Virus record (IMG/VR): IMGVR_UViG_3300008255_000101
Location: 1-64,000 of that record
Source: a virus
Strand: one strand, 5' to 3'
Length of the DNA: 64,000 bases
Shown here: in pieces, positions 14,448 to 26,200 of the stretch
How positions within the stretch are numbered: the first letter of the stretch is position 1
How the letters are laid out: every line of letters starts with the position of its first letter
Made by a program: the position numbers and the translations under genes
The notes under the pieces: generated by a model
What the model was told of the DNA's origin: nothing
Databases searched by the model: none
Seen by the model: the letters and a program-made list of their open reading frames with translations, nothing else

Positions 14448-17400
14448 GTCGATGCCTTGAATAGAGTCCTTCCGTTTAACTCAAACAAATCCACAACATC
14501 CTTGCCCTGGAAGGGGTCAGTGCTAGGTATGGATTCCATGGAAGTGGTATCCGATGCCACCACGGCCAAGTAAACTTTGCCGGTGGGTCTTTCCTTCACC
14601 ACATAAGATTGAAATACCTTGTAGGCTACACCGTCGAGAACAGCTTCGTACATGGTCTGGATCTTAGCAGCACCCTCAGAGGTGTACTCTAGGCCATCCA
14701 CAACTTCCGCCACCATGTCCTGTATACCCCTCAGGGATACGGAACCGGCTCCAACGGTTACCCCGTTAGTGTCCGAAGCCATAGCGTCCGCAGCTGAACT
14801 GATAGGGCTTGCGTAGGTAGTGGACAGACCACTCACCAGAGCATCACCTGCATACAGATAGTCGTCGCTTGCGGCAGACGGCATGCGGCCCACCACGTTA
14901 GTGAACATGTCAGCGGAGGTGTCCGGGCGGACAAAAACCACATCGTCATGTAAACCTTGGGAGCCAGCCGAGATTAGGTTATCGTAAAGGGATACCAAGG
15001 TGTAACTTCCTAAACCATCGGAACCCGTGGTAACCGCAGAAACTCTGTAGCGAGCAGTGTCGCTAGCGGACAGCTTGAAAAAGTCCCCTTCCTGTATTTG
15101 ACCCTTGTTCAAAAGTCGACCCACGTCGCTCTCGTAGATCTTAACAGTCATGTCGGACCCTACAGTAGCCGCCAGAACATTTAAAATTGTGTCCTGAGCG
15201 CTTCCCGAGCCATTGGAGCTGATCAATGCAGGTCCTTCGCATAGAACCTCCATCTGCTTGCCGGTGTCCAGGAGCATACCTTGATACCCACGAGTGTTGT
15301 ACACAAATTGGATAAGCCCGTCCGTGGAGTCAGCCCAGCTGTCTAGGAAAGCACCAATTTTCATTTCACCAGTCAATGCCACGCCGCCTTGGGTCCAGGT
15401 CACTGTCGTGGGGTTGTTTTCGGCATCAGGGAAAACCGGTACGGTGTACATGGGCAAGTTGGCCCTGTTGGTACGTAGCGCCGTGGCAGGTATGGACTCG
15501 AAATAGGTGTACCCTGATTCTTTTCTCAAGAAGTATGGGGTATACGTGGGCTTGTCCACAGACCCTTCCAGGAATGAGCACATGCCTTTAATGGCCTTCA
15601 TGTCGTAACCTACCGCCACAGAATCGGAGGAGAAGGTATACTTGGTACCTGATACGATGGAGACATCCAAGAAGGTGGCCTCCACTGTGTTCACGACCCC
15701 CTTTCCTTCCTTATTAGTCTCAAAAGATTTTGTACCCAGGTATAGGGAGACTTCCACGGTGGAAGTCTCACCGGGTAGAGCTGCAGCCACACCTATGGTC
15801 AAAAGATTTTGGTCTAACCTTGTGAAGTTAATGGTCTTGTAATCACCCAGAGTACCTGTGGAATCTTTGCGTCGCACCGAACGAACACCTAGCACAGCTT
15901 GTCCCGTCTGGGGGAGAACCATACCAGGGAGATCCAAGTAAACAGAGTTGGGGCTTTCCACAGTAGCTTCGATGAAAGCCACTTGTCCAAAATTCACAAT
16001 GTCCTGATCGCCAGTACCCAGTAAACGGATCTGGTCCCCGTATGAATAGAAGCTGCTCCTATTGTACAGCTCCACAGGATTACCGTACTCGGCGTTGATT
16101 ATCGTATCTATGCGTTGTTCCAAAACTTTTGATGGTATGTCCCTGAACCCGTAGGATCCGTTGGCCGATATACCCAAGTCGTATTTAAGGTACCAATCCT
16201 CCGAGGGGGTACCCACAAGGGATGTGACCACGATGGAGTGGTAGGTGCCGTTATAAGTAGAAGTGATTGTGTAATCCACACCTTCTTCCTTCCACCCTGA
16301 CACCGAGTAAACAAAGGCATCGTCCAAGAACGGTTCCGCGATGCTCTGACCTGAAATGGGGTACCCTGATAGGCTCAGAGTAAAAGAACCAGCTACCCAT
16401 GCCGATACAGGTATTTTCCGCACATTGTTGTCCTGGGGCACTTCAGTGTTGCAGAAAGACCTACGGGGGACTCCGCTCTTAATAAGACCCATGGTACTTA
16501 CCAAGCTGTCGCTGTCCAGCTTATCCGCTGTTATAAGGTTGCTTCCACCGGGGGCTTCACCGTATCCGCCTGAAGCTAAACTGAGCTTACCCTTGGTTTC
16601 CCTGTAGGAACCCTTAGCCACACTCTTAATAGTCCTCTCGGCCAGCATCCTAGGATTGATGGCGCTTATAGCCACTTGCCTGCGAAGGTCTATGATATCC
16701 TGGGGATAGATCACGTCAGCGTACAGGTTGTCTGGACGGAAAGCATTTCCGTCCGACTTCTTACCGGCGTTGTACATGGCCATAGGGTCCGTAGGATCAA
16801 AACTGGTTATGGGGCTTGTCGAACGCACTCTGCGAGACACCAAGAACATAGGGATGGCGTAGACGTAACCGTCAACGGTTCCTAGGGTAGTCTGGTCAGA
16901 GGAACTCCCGTTACCCGCACGGTACAGGCCGGGATCTCCAGCGCTGCCCATGTTTACAAAATTCTTGGTAGAAGCGGAGGCAGCCCCCCCTCGGGCAAAC
17001 ACGCTTGTGTTGAAGCCATCGGGATTCGCGTTGAGATCTATGGAGTAACCCTTCTCGACACGGACGCGGTACTTAATTTGGACACGGCGGGAAGTTTCAA
17101 AACCTATGCCCTCATTGTACAAGTCATTTGTGACCGAGGCGTAAGCTGTCTGGTTTCCGTATTTCCTAATGGTGTCCTGGTAGGATACCAACTCGCGCCA
17201 CACTTCCAGGAATACAAATTCCGTGAAGGTGCTGCTATAGTCACCCATAAGGATAAGGTTGTGGTTATCCCCTGTGGGGGTGCCCGTAGCGGATACGTTA
17301 ATGGGCCAGCCGTTAACCATGGCTGTGTTGGTCTCTCCGTCGGAGGCCAGGTAGAAGGAGTTAGTGAGTTCCTTAGAGGTAAGGATCTCCCCGCTAACAG

Positions 17401-17632
17401 CCGAACTGAAAAGGGAATCAATATTGTCAGAATACTTTAGGGCACCTTTCCTAAGGAAACCAGAAGGTAGGTGCACGGTATTATTGCTCCGACTCTTATC
17501 GGAGGTTATCTGCCCATCGATGTCCAATTCGGAAGTGAGCACCGGACGGTGGGTCAGGTGTACGTTGCTATCCCAGTTACGATCTTGGGTCTGCAAAACC
17601 TTAGGTTGCTCTAATCCATAGTTATCAGGCAT
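14444..17632 (-). CDS. Large baseplate/tail structural protein, paralogue of 23253-27428
   Basis: Shares VNGWPI, FLEVWR, ETS.R.Q..YR.RV, TVDGY.YAIPMFLV.RR and RPD.L...DI.D.RR blocks with 23253-27428. Confidence 0.7.
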   Translation of the reverse strand: MPDNYGLEQPKVLQTQDRNWDSNVHLTHRPVLTSELDIDGQITSDKSRSNNTVHLPSGFLRKGALKYSDNIDSLFSSAVSGEILTSKELTNSFYLASDGETNTAMVNGWPINVSATGTPTGDNHNLILMGDYSSTFTEFVFLEVWRELVSYQDTIRKYGNQTAYASVTNDLYNEGIGFETSRRVQIKYRVRVEKGYSIDLNANPDGFNTSVFARGGAASASTKNFVNMGSAGDPGLYRAGNGSSSDQTTLGTVDGYVYAIPMFLVSRRVRSTSPITSFDPTDPMAMYNAGKKSDGNAFRPDNLYADVIYPQDIIDLRRQVAISAINPRMLAERTIKSVAKGSYRETKGKLSLASGGYGEAPGGSNLITADKLDSDSLVSTMGLIKSGVPRRSFCNTEVPQDNNVRKIPVSAWVAGSFTLSLSGYPISGQSIAEPFLDDAFVYSVSGWKEEGVDYTITSTYNGTYHSIVVTSLVGTPSEDWYLKYDLGISANGSYGFRDIPSKVLEQRIDTIINAEYGNPVELYNRSSFYSYGDQIRLLGTGDQDIVNFGQVAFIEATVESPNSVYLDLPGMVLPQTGQAVLGVRSVRRKDSTGTLGDYKTINFTRLDQNLLTIGVAAALPGETSTVEVSLYLGTKSFETNKEGKGVVNTVEATFLDVSIVSGTKYTFSSDSVAVGYDMKAIKGMCSFLEGSVDKPTYTPYFLRKESGYTYFESIPATALRTNRANLPMYTVPVFPDAENNPTTVTWTQGGVALTGEMKIGAFLDSWADSTDGLIQFVYNTRGYQGMLLDTGKQMEVLCEGPALISSNGSGSAQDTILNVLAATVGSDMTVKIYESDVGRLLNKGQIQEGDFFKLSASDTARYRVSAVTTGSDGLGSYTLVSLYDNLISAGSQGLHDDVVFVRPDTSADMFTNVVGRMPSAASDDYLYAGDALVSGLSTTYASPISSAADAMASDTNGVTVGAGSVSLRGIQDMVAEVVDGLEYTSEGAAKIQTMYEAVLDGVAYKVFQSYVVKERPTGKVYLAVVASDTTSMESIPSTDPFQGKDVVDLFELNGRTLFKAST

Positions 17633-18643
17633 TTATGCTCTCCCGCTTACCTGGGATTTGGCAAGGATACTTCCCTGCAGAAGCTCCAGGGGCTCCATAA
17701 CATTCATTTCAGTGTTCGGGACGCTGGCAAGAAAGCCCACGAGATAACCGTAGGCTTCCTTAAAATCTTCAATTAGAGTTCCGGGGATGGACCAGTGGAC
17801 GGGGTTACCCGTCAGTGCTCGGAAGGTCTCTTCTAAGCAGTATAAGGGGGCCAGGGCAGTTACGAGTTTCGTGGAGGCCACCTTGATGGCATCAAATGAT
17901 GCCATCACGTCAGGGATAAGAATGGAGTGTATGTACTTTCGGTCGTCCGGTGTTACGGGTGCTCCGCTCTTAATTCTGTAGGCCAATCTGCCCACGGACT
18001 TCTTACCCATATTGCAATTGAAACCCAAGTTATCGAAAACTTCTTCCAGGTAAGGGATCTTGCTTTTTACTTCGTCAAGACTCTTAACCACGTCTTTGAC
18101 ACCCCACATACTCTCTACGAGACGAACCCGGGTTATGGACTCGGTCTTCTCCAACATATGCTCAGCGTATTCTACTAAGCTACCCAGCTGATTCCCGTAT
18201 GCCTCCAGGTTTCCCACCAAATCCTTTGGATTGAGGGAGACTCTTGGCGCCGGTATTACGGCCCCGGGGCTATTCTGCTGGATAGTTAGATTGTCTGAAC
18301 CCAAGTCATCAACGAGTTTTTCTAAAAGGCGATTTTTGAATTCCTCGGAAGGGTACTTACCCGCCGAGTCCCATTCACCGTCATAGAAATCAATCTTCAT
18401 CCCTTCATACCACTTGTCCCTGAAGGCCTTAGTTATGATGGAAGCCATCACTGGAATGATCTCGGAGAACGGATCTTCGTTGAGGTTTGAATCCACTACT
18501 CTGTAACCGTTCACAAGACCCAGAGCTAGATCTCCGTCGGCCGCGATGGTGAACACATCACCATCGAGATCCAAACGACCAATTTGCTCTACAGTCTTAG
18601 ACGATGCTTTTTTTAGTATCCTTCTCACGGAGCGGTACCCCAA
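17633..18643 (-). CDS. Hypothetical helical protein
   Basis: 336-aa ORF tightly packed between structural genes. Confidence 0.6.
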   Translation of the reverse strand: MGYRSVRRILKKASSKTVEQIGRLDLDGDVFTIAADGDLALGLVNGYRVVDSNLNEDPFSEIIPVMASIITKAFRDKWYEGMKIDFYDGEWDSAGKYPSEEFKNRLLEKLVDDLGSDNLTIQQNSPGAVIPAPRVSLNPKDLVGNLEAYGNQLGSLVEYAEHMLEKTESITRVRLVESMWGVKDVVKSLDEVKSKIPYLEEVFDNLGFNCNMGKKSVGRLAYRIKSGAPVTPDDRKYIHSILIPDVMASFDAIKVASTKLVTALAPLYCLEETFRALTGNPVHWSIPGTLIEDFKEAYGYLVGFLASVPNTEMNVMEPLELLQGSILAKSQVSGRA

Positions 18644-18644
18644 C

Positions 18645-19226
18645 TTACGTTGTGATCCTGATAATGATCGTAAAGGCCATGGAATTGGTTTTGTTCAAAA
18701 CAGGGAATGTCCTGTAATTGACCAGAGTACCGGTATCCTTGCCTACACTGGCATCACCACCGTACAGACCCATTTCAACCAAAGCCCCTACTGCATCACT
18801 TTCTTGGAAATTGAATGCGTAGTCGACGATGTTGGTAGGGTCCACGGACTCAGTACCATCTTCAGGATTGATATACGTGGACGAGGTCACGGGTATGCGA
18901 AGTAATTCGGATTCCAGCTGGACCTGGTTGGTGGTAGGTGCCGGAGGGTCTTGTAAATCCCAAGACGGATCCCCTGTTCCTACGGCCAAAAAAGTTATGC
19001 CACCGGTGGGTTCAGTACTGTCTTTAAGAAGACGGGCCACCAGGATAGAGGCAGTGTTCACGATCACGTTGGGGCGACCCCAAGAGTACACCTCTTTGCC
19101 ATTCTCAAAAGCCCGGATTGTTACAAATCCCTTGATGCCTTTGGTGGCCTCTTCGAATCGCTGCACCAAACCTAGTTTGACGCCTACCTTGCGAATTCTG
19201 TGTAAAGTTTCTTTCATAAGACTCAT
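18645..19226 (-). CDS. Baseplate/tail-fibre attachment protein
   Basis: NVIVN..ITFLAVGTGD..QLESELLR..EMGLYGG..YRTFPVLNKT pattern, recalled from myovirus fibre-proximal baseplate proteins. Confidence 0.65.
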   Translation of the reverse strand: MSLMKETLHRIRKVGVKLGLVQRFEEATKGIKGFVTIRAFENGKEVYSWGRPNVIVNTASILVARLLKDSTEPTGGITFLAVGTGDPSWDLQDPPAPTTNQVQLESELLRIPVTSSTYINPEDGTESVDPTNIVDYAFNFQESDAVGALVEMGLYGGDASVGKDTGTLVNYRTFPVLNKTNSMAFTIIIRITT

Positions 19227-19327
19227 GAGTAACCCTTACCTTTTCAGTTATTTGTTATCTGATCCGTTGCCCCGTAAGTCCACGCCGAACAAAGACAAGA
19301 GGACCTCTATACATAAGAGGTCCTCGC

Positions 19328-19341
19328 GATTAGAAGATTAT
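19328..19341 (-). promoter_or_regulatory. Candidate late promoter motif ATAATCTTCTAATC (copy 1), followed by a 10-bp hairpin (19299-19325)
   Basis: One of five intergenic copies. Confidence 0.6.
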
Positions 19342-19358
19342 CCTGGGACTTGTTTGAA

Positions 19359-22300
19359 TTACGGTGTAATTCTTACAAATTCCTCGATAGAAATAATGTC
19401 GATTGTGTTGTCAGGTAGCAATTGACGTATCACTGTGTTCCTCAATTCGTACTGGGAATCGTTCAAACCCGATGTATCGTTGTAGTCCGCCAGCTTGATT
19501 AAAGCATTGGGGTAGGTCCCCGCCGCAACGATACCCATGCTTTCAGACGTGATCATCAAGGTGCCCCTGAAGGCATACTCCTCGAAGTCCTGGTTGGCCA
19601 CATTCCAGTAAAGGACCCTCAGGGAATCGGCATTGTCATCCATGGCTTCCTGGAAGGGTTCCTGGATAAGACCCATGCTAACCACTATCAAGTCCTGATC
19701 CCAGTTACGGAACTTAACCATCTTGTCGGCTTCGGACTCCGTCAGTAGGTGCAGCTTCCTGCTTCCCTGATCGTTAATTTCCGAATCCAAAAGGGGAGGA
19801 GATCCCGGGGCTGGCCCCTCACCGGGGTTACCCGAAAACCAATCACTGTCATTGCGTGGGTACGGATCAGGATCGGGATCAGGGAAGGCGACCTCCATCA
19901 ACCAGGGGCTGTATGATGGCCCTGAGAAACCGGTGTAGAACGGAAGCATGCTCTTAGCATCTAGGATCTTCCTTCGAACCACGTTATTCATCAGCACGTC
20001 CGAGCGCTGGAGATAAGTCGTGGTGACCTGATAATCGTACCTTCCCGACGGAAGGGGGAATCTCCGGTCTATTCTTACCGTGTTGTAGTTTAGGACCTCC
20101 ACCACAGTAAATTCGTACTGGTTCCCATTTTGGGAAACTGTAAGCAGGGTACCCCTACGCAGCCTGAGCCAATTCTGATCCACAGACTTCAGGAGATCCG
20201 AGGCTTGTATAGCCATGAACTTTCCTGATATCTTGGAGGGGATGACGTACTGGTAGGTTCCCGACGCACCGGTGAAATTATGATCCAAACGGATGGTCTT
20301 TCTGTTGATCACTTCCGCGATGACGAACTCCTGCATGGACCCCCCAACGCGGATTTGGAACTCGCTACCCACTTGCTGGTCCGACCAGTTCTCATCCCTA
20401 GACTCCACAGTGTCCGACCCTAGTGTAGCCACAAGGTTACCTTCTATGTATCCGAAAAACATCCTTTCAACATAGTCACGGTAGTCGTTCAATCTCAATT
20501 CTCTATTGGGGTAGTACTCTTCCTTATACTGCAGGGAGATATCAAAACCCCTATCCTCACAGAATGGGGATAGCACGATGTCCTCATCACCTTCCACGGT
20601 AATGGCTTCCACCGTACCTGCAAGCGTCTTAATCCTACCCTTGTCGAAGTACTCGGGGATGGGTACGTACTCTACCTGCCCACTAGGGACGGCGTCAATA
20701 ACCGCTGAAGCGGATACATCGAAGGCACCGTCTATTCCTTCTGTAGTGGTACTATCCGTAGGCACAATGTATTTCTGGAAAGCGTACTTAGCCCAACTGG
20801 TGAAACTCCTGTAGAAAGGAGGTACGCCACCCCTCAACTGGGTCAACGGGGTTAATCCGTTGAAGATGTAGGCATCGTTTAATTCTAGATACTTGTCCGT
20901 GTCGTAGAGGTATTCCCCGCTCTGCGTTACCCGGTAGCGGTTGAACTTACTCATGGTTCCTGCAAAAGATCCTTTTACCGCAGGCAACTGGTAGTCATTC
21001 AACTTAAACGTGTCCAGAGAGTTCCAAACGGAACTTTGGCTCAGATCGAAGGCATTGTAGCGGTACCCGTAAAGGGCGGGCTTAGTGTACTGACTTAAAT
21101 TGGTATTCTCTCCTGAGAATGGTGACGGATCTGTTACCAAGGTATAAGAGGAGTTCACTCCATAAACCATGTCTGCCAAATGCTGATCAGAGTCCATCAT
21201 GAAAGGGTAGTCCCTACGCTTGGCCTGGTAGTAATACTGGAAAGTTACAACGGAGCCAGCGGGGGGTAAAAAGTTAAGCTGCACATGACCTAGGAGAGGT
21301 CTGATGAATTCTATGCCACCCAGGGTCTCCACACCGTCTATGTACACAGCTACGTCACTTACCGTGGCAAGATCCCCCGTGTAATCCAATAGGGGGTACT
21401 CATTGAGCTGGTAGGACATGGAGTTCCCGAAATACGAGTAATCCGTGGCGGGTGTGGCATACACGGCATCTTCCACTTGGGACAAATCCCTATCATAGTC
21501 CAAGTCCCCGTATCCCATAGGAACCCCACTTTCCTCGACAGCCGCTTGGTAGGGCGACGGGGCAAAGGGCCACTGGAAATACACGACAGGGTTACTGGCA
21601 GGCACCACGCTAAAACCGGCGGGTACGTTTCCACCTGTACCCGCTGGGACACCGGGAGTGCCCGCTGGGTTACGGCTGAATCTCTCTTCTGTCAATACAG
21701 GGTACACCGTGTGGTAGTAGTAGTCGAAGCGAACCTCGGACCCCGCAGGTGGAAGGAAGTTAAGGGTGATGAGCCCTTCCCATGCGGATACACTCTCTAT
21801 GCCGTCTTCAACCCTACGGTTGTTGATGTACAGAGTGATGTCCTCAGGAGTAGCCAAATCACCGTCTTTGTTAACGAGGGGTACCCTTTCTATCTGAAAG
21901 ACATTGGGGTCCTCTGAAATCTGAACGTAAGATGGCATGTCCTGAAAACCGTCACCACTTGCTCCTTCTCCTACGTCAGGTGTGACGAAGATCTGGTGGT
22001 AAATCTTAGGCGTGGGGTAATCGCAGTTGTCCCTGAAATCTTCGTATAGAGGAATCAAGAGGTACCCGTCCTCCCCGATTTGTAAGGCGAACGGACAGCT
22101 GCTGTCCTGTATGACGTTTCCTTGCTCATCCCTTTCTCGGATCACGCTGCTTTGGAAAGCAGTGCTCTCTATCACCAAAGGTTTGAACTGAGCGTACCAA
22201 TTTTCAAGTACAGCGTCGGGGGTGTTATAAAAGTTGAAGCTGCCAGGGGCTTCGTTACCAAAAAACCATACCTCGGCCCCAGGGGCTAAATCCCCTACTT

Positions 22301-23231
22301 CGATACGATGTATGCTTCCCTCTGCGGAGAAGTATTTGTAGAAAACAGAAACGGAGCTAAAGACTAGCTCAGTGCTACCCACAAGGGTGATAACCCCACT
22401 GTCCCCATCCACGGACTCCACCACGCCTGGGATCCACTCGGCTCCTACGATATCGGAACCCTCGGGCACCTCTGCTAGCCTGTAAAGGCTGTAAACCTTA
22501 TTGGGTAGGTCCGTATAGCGGTAGCGGTAGGTGTTACCATTGGGGTCCATCGCGAACCCGTTAGTGTCGCACCCCGTAAGCAGCATATCGTCTCCCCAAA
22601 TCAGCCTCGTGTCAAACAGGGCATGGGCAGGCTTAATGAGGGCGGTAAAGTAGTATAGATCCTGAATGATAACGGATAGGTGCTGAAGCTCCTCGTTGGT
22701 AGCGTCCGTTAGAAAAATATCAGCCACCAAACGATGGGTATCCTTGATGGTGTAGGGTGAGTTTGTCCTACGTGCTTCTAGATACAGCTGCCTCAGGAAT
22801 ACGGGTATACCTATGATATCCGAAAGGGACTTATCGATATTGGCTGCGGTGCTACCGCCAAGATAGGCGGTGCGTACTTTTAACAGAAAATCCCTGTAAG
22901 TCTTATCTGTGTACTGAACCCCGCCGGCCTTCTCATTAATGAACAGCATGTCTCCCAGGATCTGGAACAGATAATCTGGGCGTGTGTTATCAAAGAACTG
23001 GTCGTCCGCGATATCACCTAGGGACTTAAGAGCTCTTTCCCTCTCCTCACAGAAAGTGCGGTACAAACTAGCTATGCGACTGGTATCCACGTCAGGATAG
23101 TTGTCGGCTAGATTACCCAACATTCTGCGAACAGAGTAGGAGGCCCTGTCGCCGATGAACTTCTCAAACTCAGCTCCCGAGGGGAATCTAAGTCTGCCAA
23201 GTTCTTCAAGCTTATTCAAGTTTGATTTCAT
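19359..23231 (-). CDS. Baseplate wedge protein (P2 gpI / T4 gp7-like N-terminus) with repeated beta domains
   Basis: YRDFLLKV..AYLGGS and ALIKPAH gpI-like motifs; two copies of LNFLPPAGS.V.F.YYY and two C-terminal beta-barrel-like repeats. Confidence 0.7.
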   Translation of the reverse strand: MKSNLNKLEELGRLRFPSGAEFEKFIGDRASYSVRRMLGNLADNYPDVDTSRIASLYRTFCEERERALKSLGDIADDQFFDNTRPDYLFQILGDMLFINEKAGGVQYTDKTYRDFLLKVRTAYLGGSTAANIDKSLSDIIGIPVFLRQLYLEARRTNSPYTIKDTHRLVADIFLTDATNEELQHLSVIIQDLYYFTALIKPAHALFDTRLIWGDDMLLTGCDTNGFAMDPNGNTYRYRYTDLPNKVYSLYRLAEVPEGSDIVGAEWIPGVVESVDGDSGVITLVGSTELVFSSVSVFYKYFSAEGSIHRIEVGDLAPGAEVWFFGNEAPGSFNFYNTPDAVLENWYAQFKPLVIESTAFQSSVIRERDEQGNVIQDSSCPFALQIGEDGYLLIPLYEDFRDNCDYPTPKIYHQIFVTPDVGEGASGDGFQDMPSYVQISEDPNVFQIERVPLVNKDGDLATPEDITLYINNRRVEDGIESVSAWEGLITLNFLPPAGSEVRFDYYYHTVYPVLTEERFSRNPAGTPGVPAGTGGNVPAGFSVVPASNPVVYFQWPFAPSPYQAAVEESGVPMGYGDLDYDRDLSQVEDAVYATPATDYSYFGNSMSYQLNEYPLLDYTGDLATVSDVAVYIDGVETLGGIEFIRPLLGHVQLNFLPPAGSVVTFQYYYQAKRRDYPFMMDSDQHLADMVYGVNSSYTLVTDPSPFSGENTNLSQYTKPALYGYRYNAFDLSQSSVWNSLDTFKLNDYQLPAVKGSFAGTMSKFNRYRVTQSGEYLYDTDKYLELNDAYIFNGLTPLTQLRGGVPPFYRSFTSWAKYAFQKYIVPTDSTTTEGIDGAFDVSASAVIDAVPSGQVEYVPIPEYFDKGRIKTLAGTVEAITVEGDEDIVLSPFCEDRGFDISLQYKEEYYPNRELRLNDYRDYVERMFFGYIEGNLVATLGSDTVESRDENWSDQQVGSEFQIRVGGSMQEFVIAEVINRKTIRLDHNFTGASGTYQYVIPSKISGKFMAIQASDLLKSVDQNWLRLRRGTLLTVSQNGNQYEFTVVEVLNYNTVRIDRRFPLPSGRYDYQVTTTYLQRSDVLMNNVVRRKILDAKSMLPFYTGFSGPSYSPWLMEVAFPDPDPDPYPRNDSDWFSGNPGEGPAPGSPPLLDSEINDQGSRKLHLLTESEADKMVKFRNWDQDLIVVSMGLIQEPFQEAMDDNADSLRVLYWNVANQDFEEYAFRGTLMITSESMGIVAAGTYPNALIKLADYNDTSGLNDSQYELRNTVIRQLLPDNTIDIISIEEFVRITP

Positions 23232-23252
23232 CTATTATCTCCAAACCCTTCA

Positions 23253-26200
23253 TTACCGGATGAGGGGCATTCCCGGAACCTTGTACAGAGCGATGATAGC
23301 GTTACCGTCTGGTCCAGCTATCAGCTCATTATCAAGGGAGGTGTTCTCGTACGAAGTCACCACAGCCATCAGGACTTCTCCGTATAGGGCGGGGGACGTG
23401 ATTTGAGAGCGAACTCTGACCAGGAACGGGATCATCAGCTTACGTGGATTACCCAGCATCATACCTTCAGTCTTGAACACCATGGTCTTAGAAGCTGACC
23501 CATAGTAGGACCTACCTAACCGGTCCACAGAGGGTTCGGACAGGGTTAGTACCCCGCTAGGACGTCGGGATACTCGGAAGGGCATTGTTAGGTACCCCTC
23601 TTCTTCCAGGAAGGTGTTGAGCTCTAGACCGTATAGGTTGAAGAAGTAAGAGGGGTTCGACAGGTTATCAGCCACGGGTATTTGCTCCAGGGGGTTCTTG
23701 TACATAGAGGACCTAATGCCCCCGCCTGTACCCTGCGAAGAAATCACAAAGCTGGACGGACCGTCAATCATTTCCACACTTAGGGTGGAGGGGAGTGGTC
23801 CCAAAGTCTGAGGAGCCCTCGATTTGTACGTAACTATGGCCGAGGCGTTACCTGCGGCATTCTGGAATTCTGTGATCTCCTGAATGACAGCCACGATGAT
23901 CAGTCCGTCGGCAAAAGCCGTACCGGTGATACTGGTTATGTATCCTTCTGAATCGTACTCCACTGAATCTACGGGTACTGTAGTGTAAGGAGTGTTGGTG
24001 GCCAGCCAAACCGTAGGTTTAGAGTTACCATCCAAATAGTTCATGGTGGCCAGTCCTACCACTTTCTCGTTGGGGAAAGTTACGGACGTGCTCCCTGAGG
24101 CGCTCTTCACCAAAAGCACACACTTGTAGGATTTGTACACTCCCTTGATGGCGCTATCAAAAACGGAAAGGTAGGGGCTTCTGTAGGCATCTATAGACTC
24201 ACCACGGTCATCCGTGCTTTGGCCGATGGACTGGGTGGTTATACCCGAAGCTTCTGTTTCCAAAGTAGTTATCTCGGCAATGATTTCAATATAGCTTCCC
24301 TCGGCTATGGTGTAGGTGTTTGCAAGGTTCACGACCAGAACGCTAGTATCGCTTCCAGCCCTATCCACTACGCTGCTTACCTTATACACACCACCGTCCA
24401 CTAGGTTACGAATCTCCCGCACGGCGTAAACGAAGTACCCCTCGTTGTTTTTAGGGATTCTGATTTCCGTGGTATTGGCCAAGATCTCTTGGTAGATGTG
24501 CAAACGGAACATAGAAGCGTTCTGCTGTACGTTACCACCAAAACCGGTAGCCGTAGCTTCCACGTAGTTAGTGTAACCTGGGATGCCTCCGTTTAGCCTA
24601 CGCACCACTTTACTTTCCACATCGCGATCGATGCCGTAGTAATTGTACGAAGATGCAGGAGAACCTTGAACCACGTTCTTAATCTGCAATGGGCTGTCGG
24701 GTATCTTCGACAATCCAGGAGAACCGTAATCGATGTAGGCGCCTTGGACAACATAGTTCACGCCCTCTCCCTCGTATACACCTGTTTCCCCAAATACGAA
24801 CACAGCCTGAGGCGTACCCATGCCTGTGAAGTAACCGGGGATATCCGAACCCTCAATACCAACGGGACCGTCCTGGGTCACACTGTAAAGAGCATGGTAG
24901 TAGGAAGGATCGTGGTTGTACAAACCATTCACCAAAGGAGCGAACTCGGCAGTAACAGGTGGGCCCGAGAAACCGGGTAAGGACAAAGCGCCGGTTTCGT
25001 CCTGCTGGGAACCTTGGGCAAAACCAGTGATGCCGCCGACCGCCTCTGAATTGATATCGCCGTTGGCAAGAGCTTCCAAGTTACCCTGGGAGATTTTGTC
25101 CACATAGGTCAGTAGCGAGCCGGCCTGCCCACCTTTGGAGGGTTCGCGAATCATAGAGGTAGCCAGGCTACCTTCCATAAGAGCGTCGAAAGCCGATCCC
25201 AGCAGTGCGGAGGTATCTACATTACCGGTTTTCCTGCGGATGTCCAAAATGTCATCTTGCACGATGTCTTCATAGGTCAGCCCGTCTGGGCGGATGGCAC
25301 CAATGGAATCGATGGACGATCCGTTAATGTTGGTGTCAGCGTTATAGGCCTGCTGATTCCTGCGGGTAACAAGGAACATGGGGATGGCGTATGTGTAGCC
25401 GTCCACAGTGTTGCGACACAGTGACCGCCATAAACCGTAGTCCCCCGTGCTTGCCCCCATGTTATCGAAAGCATAGCTACCCGCTTCTCTAACAGAAGCG
25501 TTGGGTCCTCTGCTGAATACATAGGAAGAACCTAGTCCCGCATCGCGGTAACTGGAAATGTCCACACCCTCCACTACACGAATACGGTACTGCACCTGTG
25601 TTCTTGCTGAGGTCTCGGTTTTTATACCGGGGTGGATAGAGTCGTTTCTGAGATTCAGATCTGCGGGGGATTCGTTATTCCCTTCGAAGAAAACCTTGCG
25701 CTGGGTCTGTTTAACCAAGTCCGTATCTTGGTTCTCCCACAGACCGCTACTAGCGTCGTAACGGGCGATCTCGCCCTGATCCCCAACAACCCAACCGTAG
25801 TCCACTCCTGTGAAGGAAATACCGTACATGTTGAAGGTAGTCGGAGAATCCTCTACTACCCACCGAGCACCCCCGTTCTGAGTAGACAGGACCAGTCCGT
25901 TGTCTCCCACTATCCACGCCCTGTCGCCCATGGAGAATCTGATCTCTGTGGACTGGGTACCGTAAATGGTGGCTGCGTTAGCATGTGAAAGGTAAGCTGA
26001 CTCTGTGTAGCTAAGGGTGGCATTGAAAACAATCTCCCCTGTGTCAGCATCCTGCACCGCGTTGATGGCGCTAACCAGGTCAACGTCTGTGGGGTACTGT
26101 GCCAGAGGTAGAGTTACTTTATGTTCCTGGAAGTCGTCGGCGTCTTGGTAAGTCAAGATTAGATTCTTGGGGCCGATCTCGTATGCAGCGGAACGGAAAA

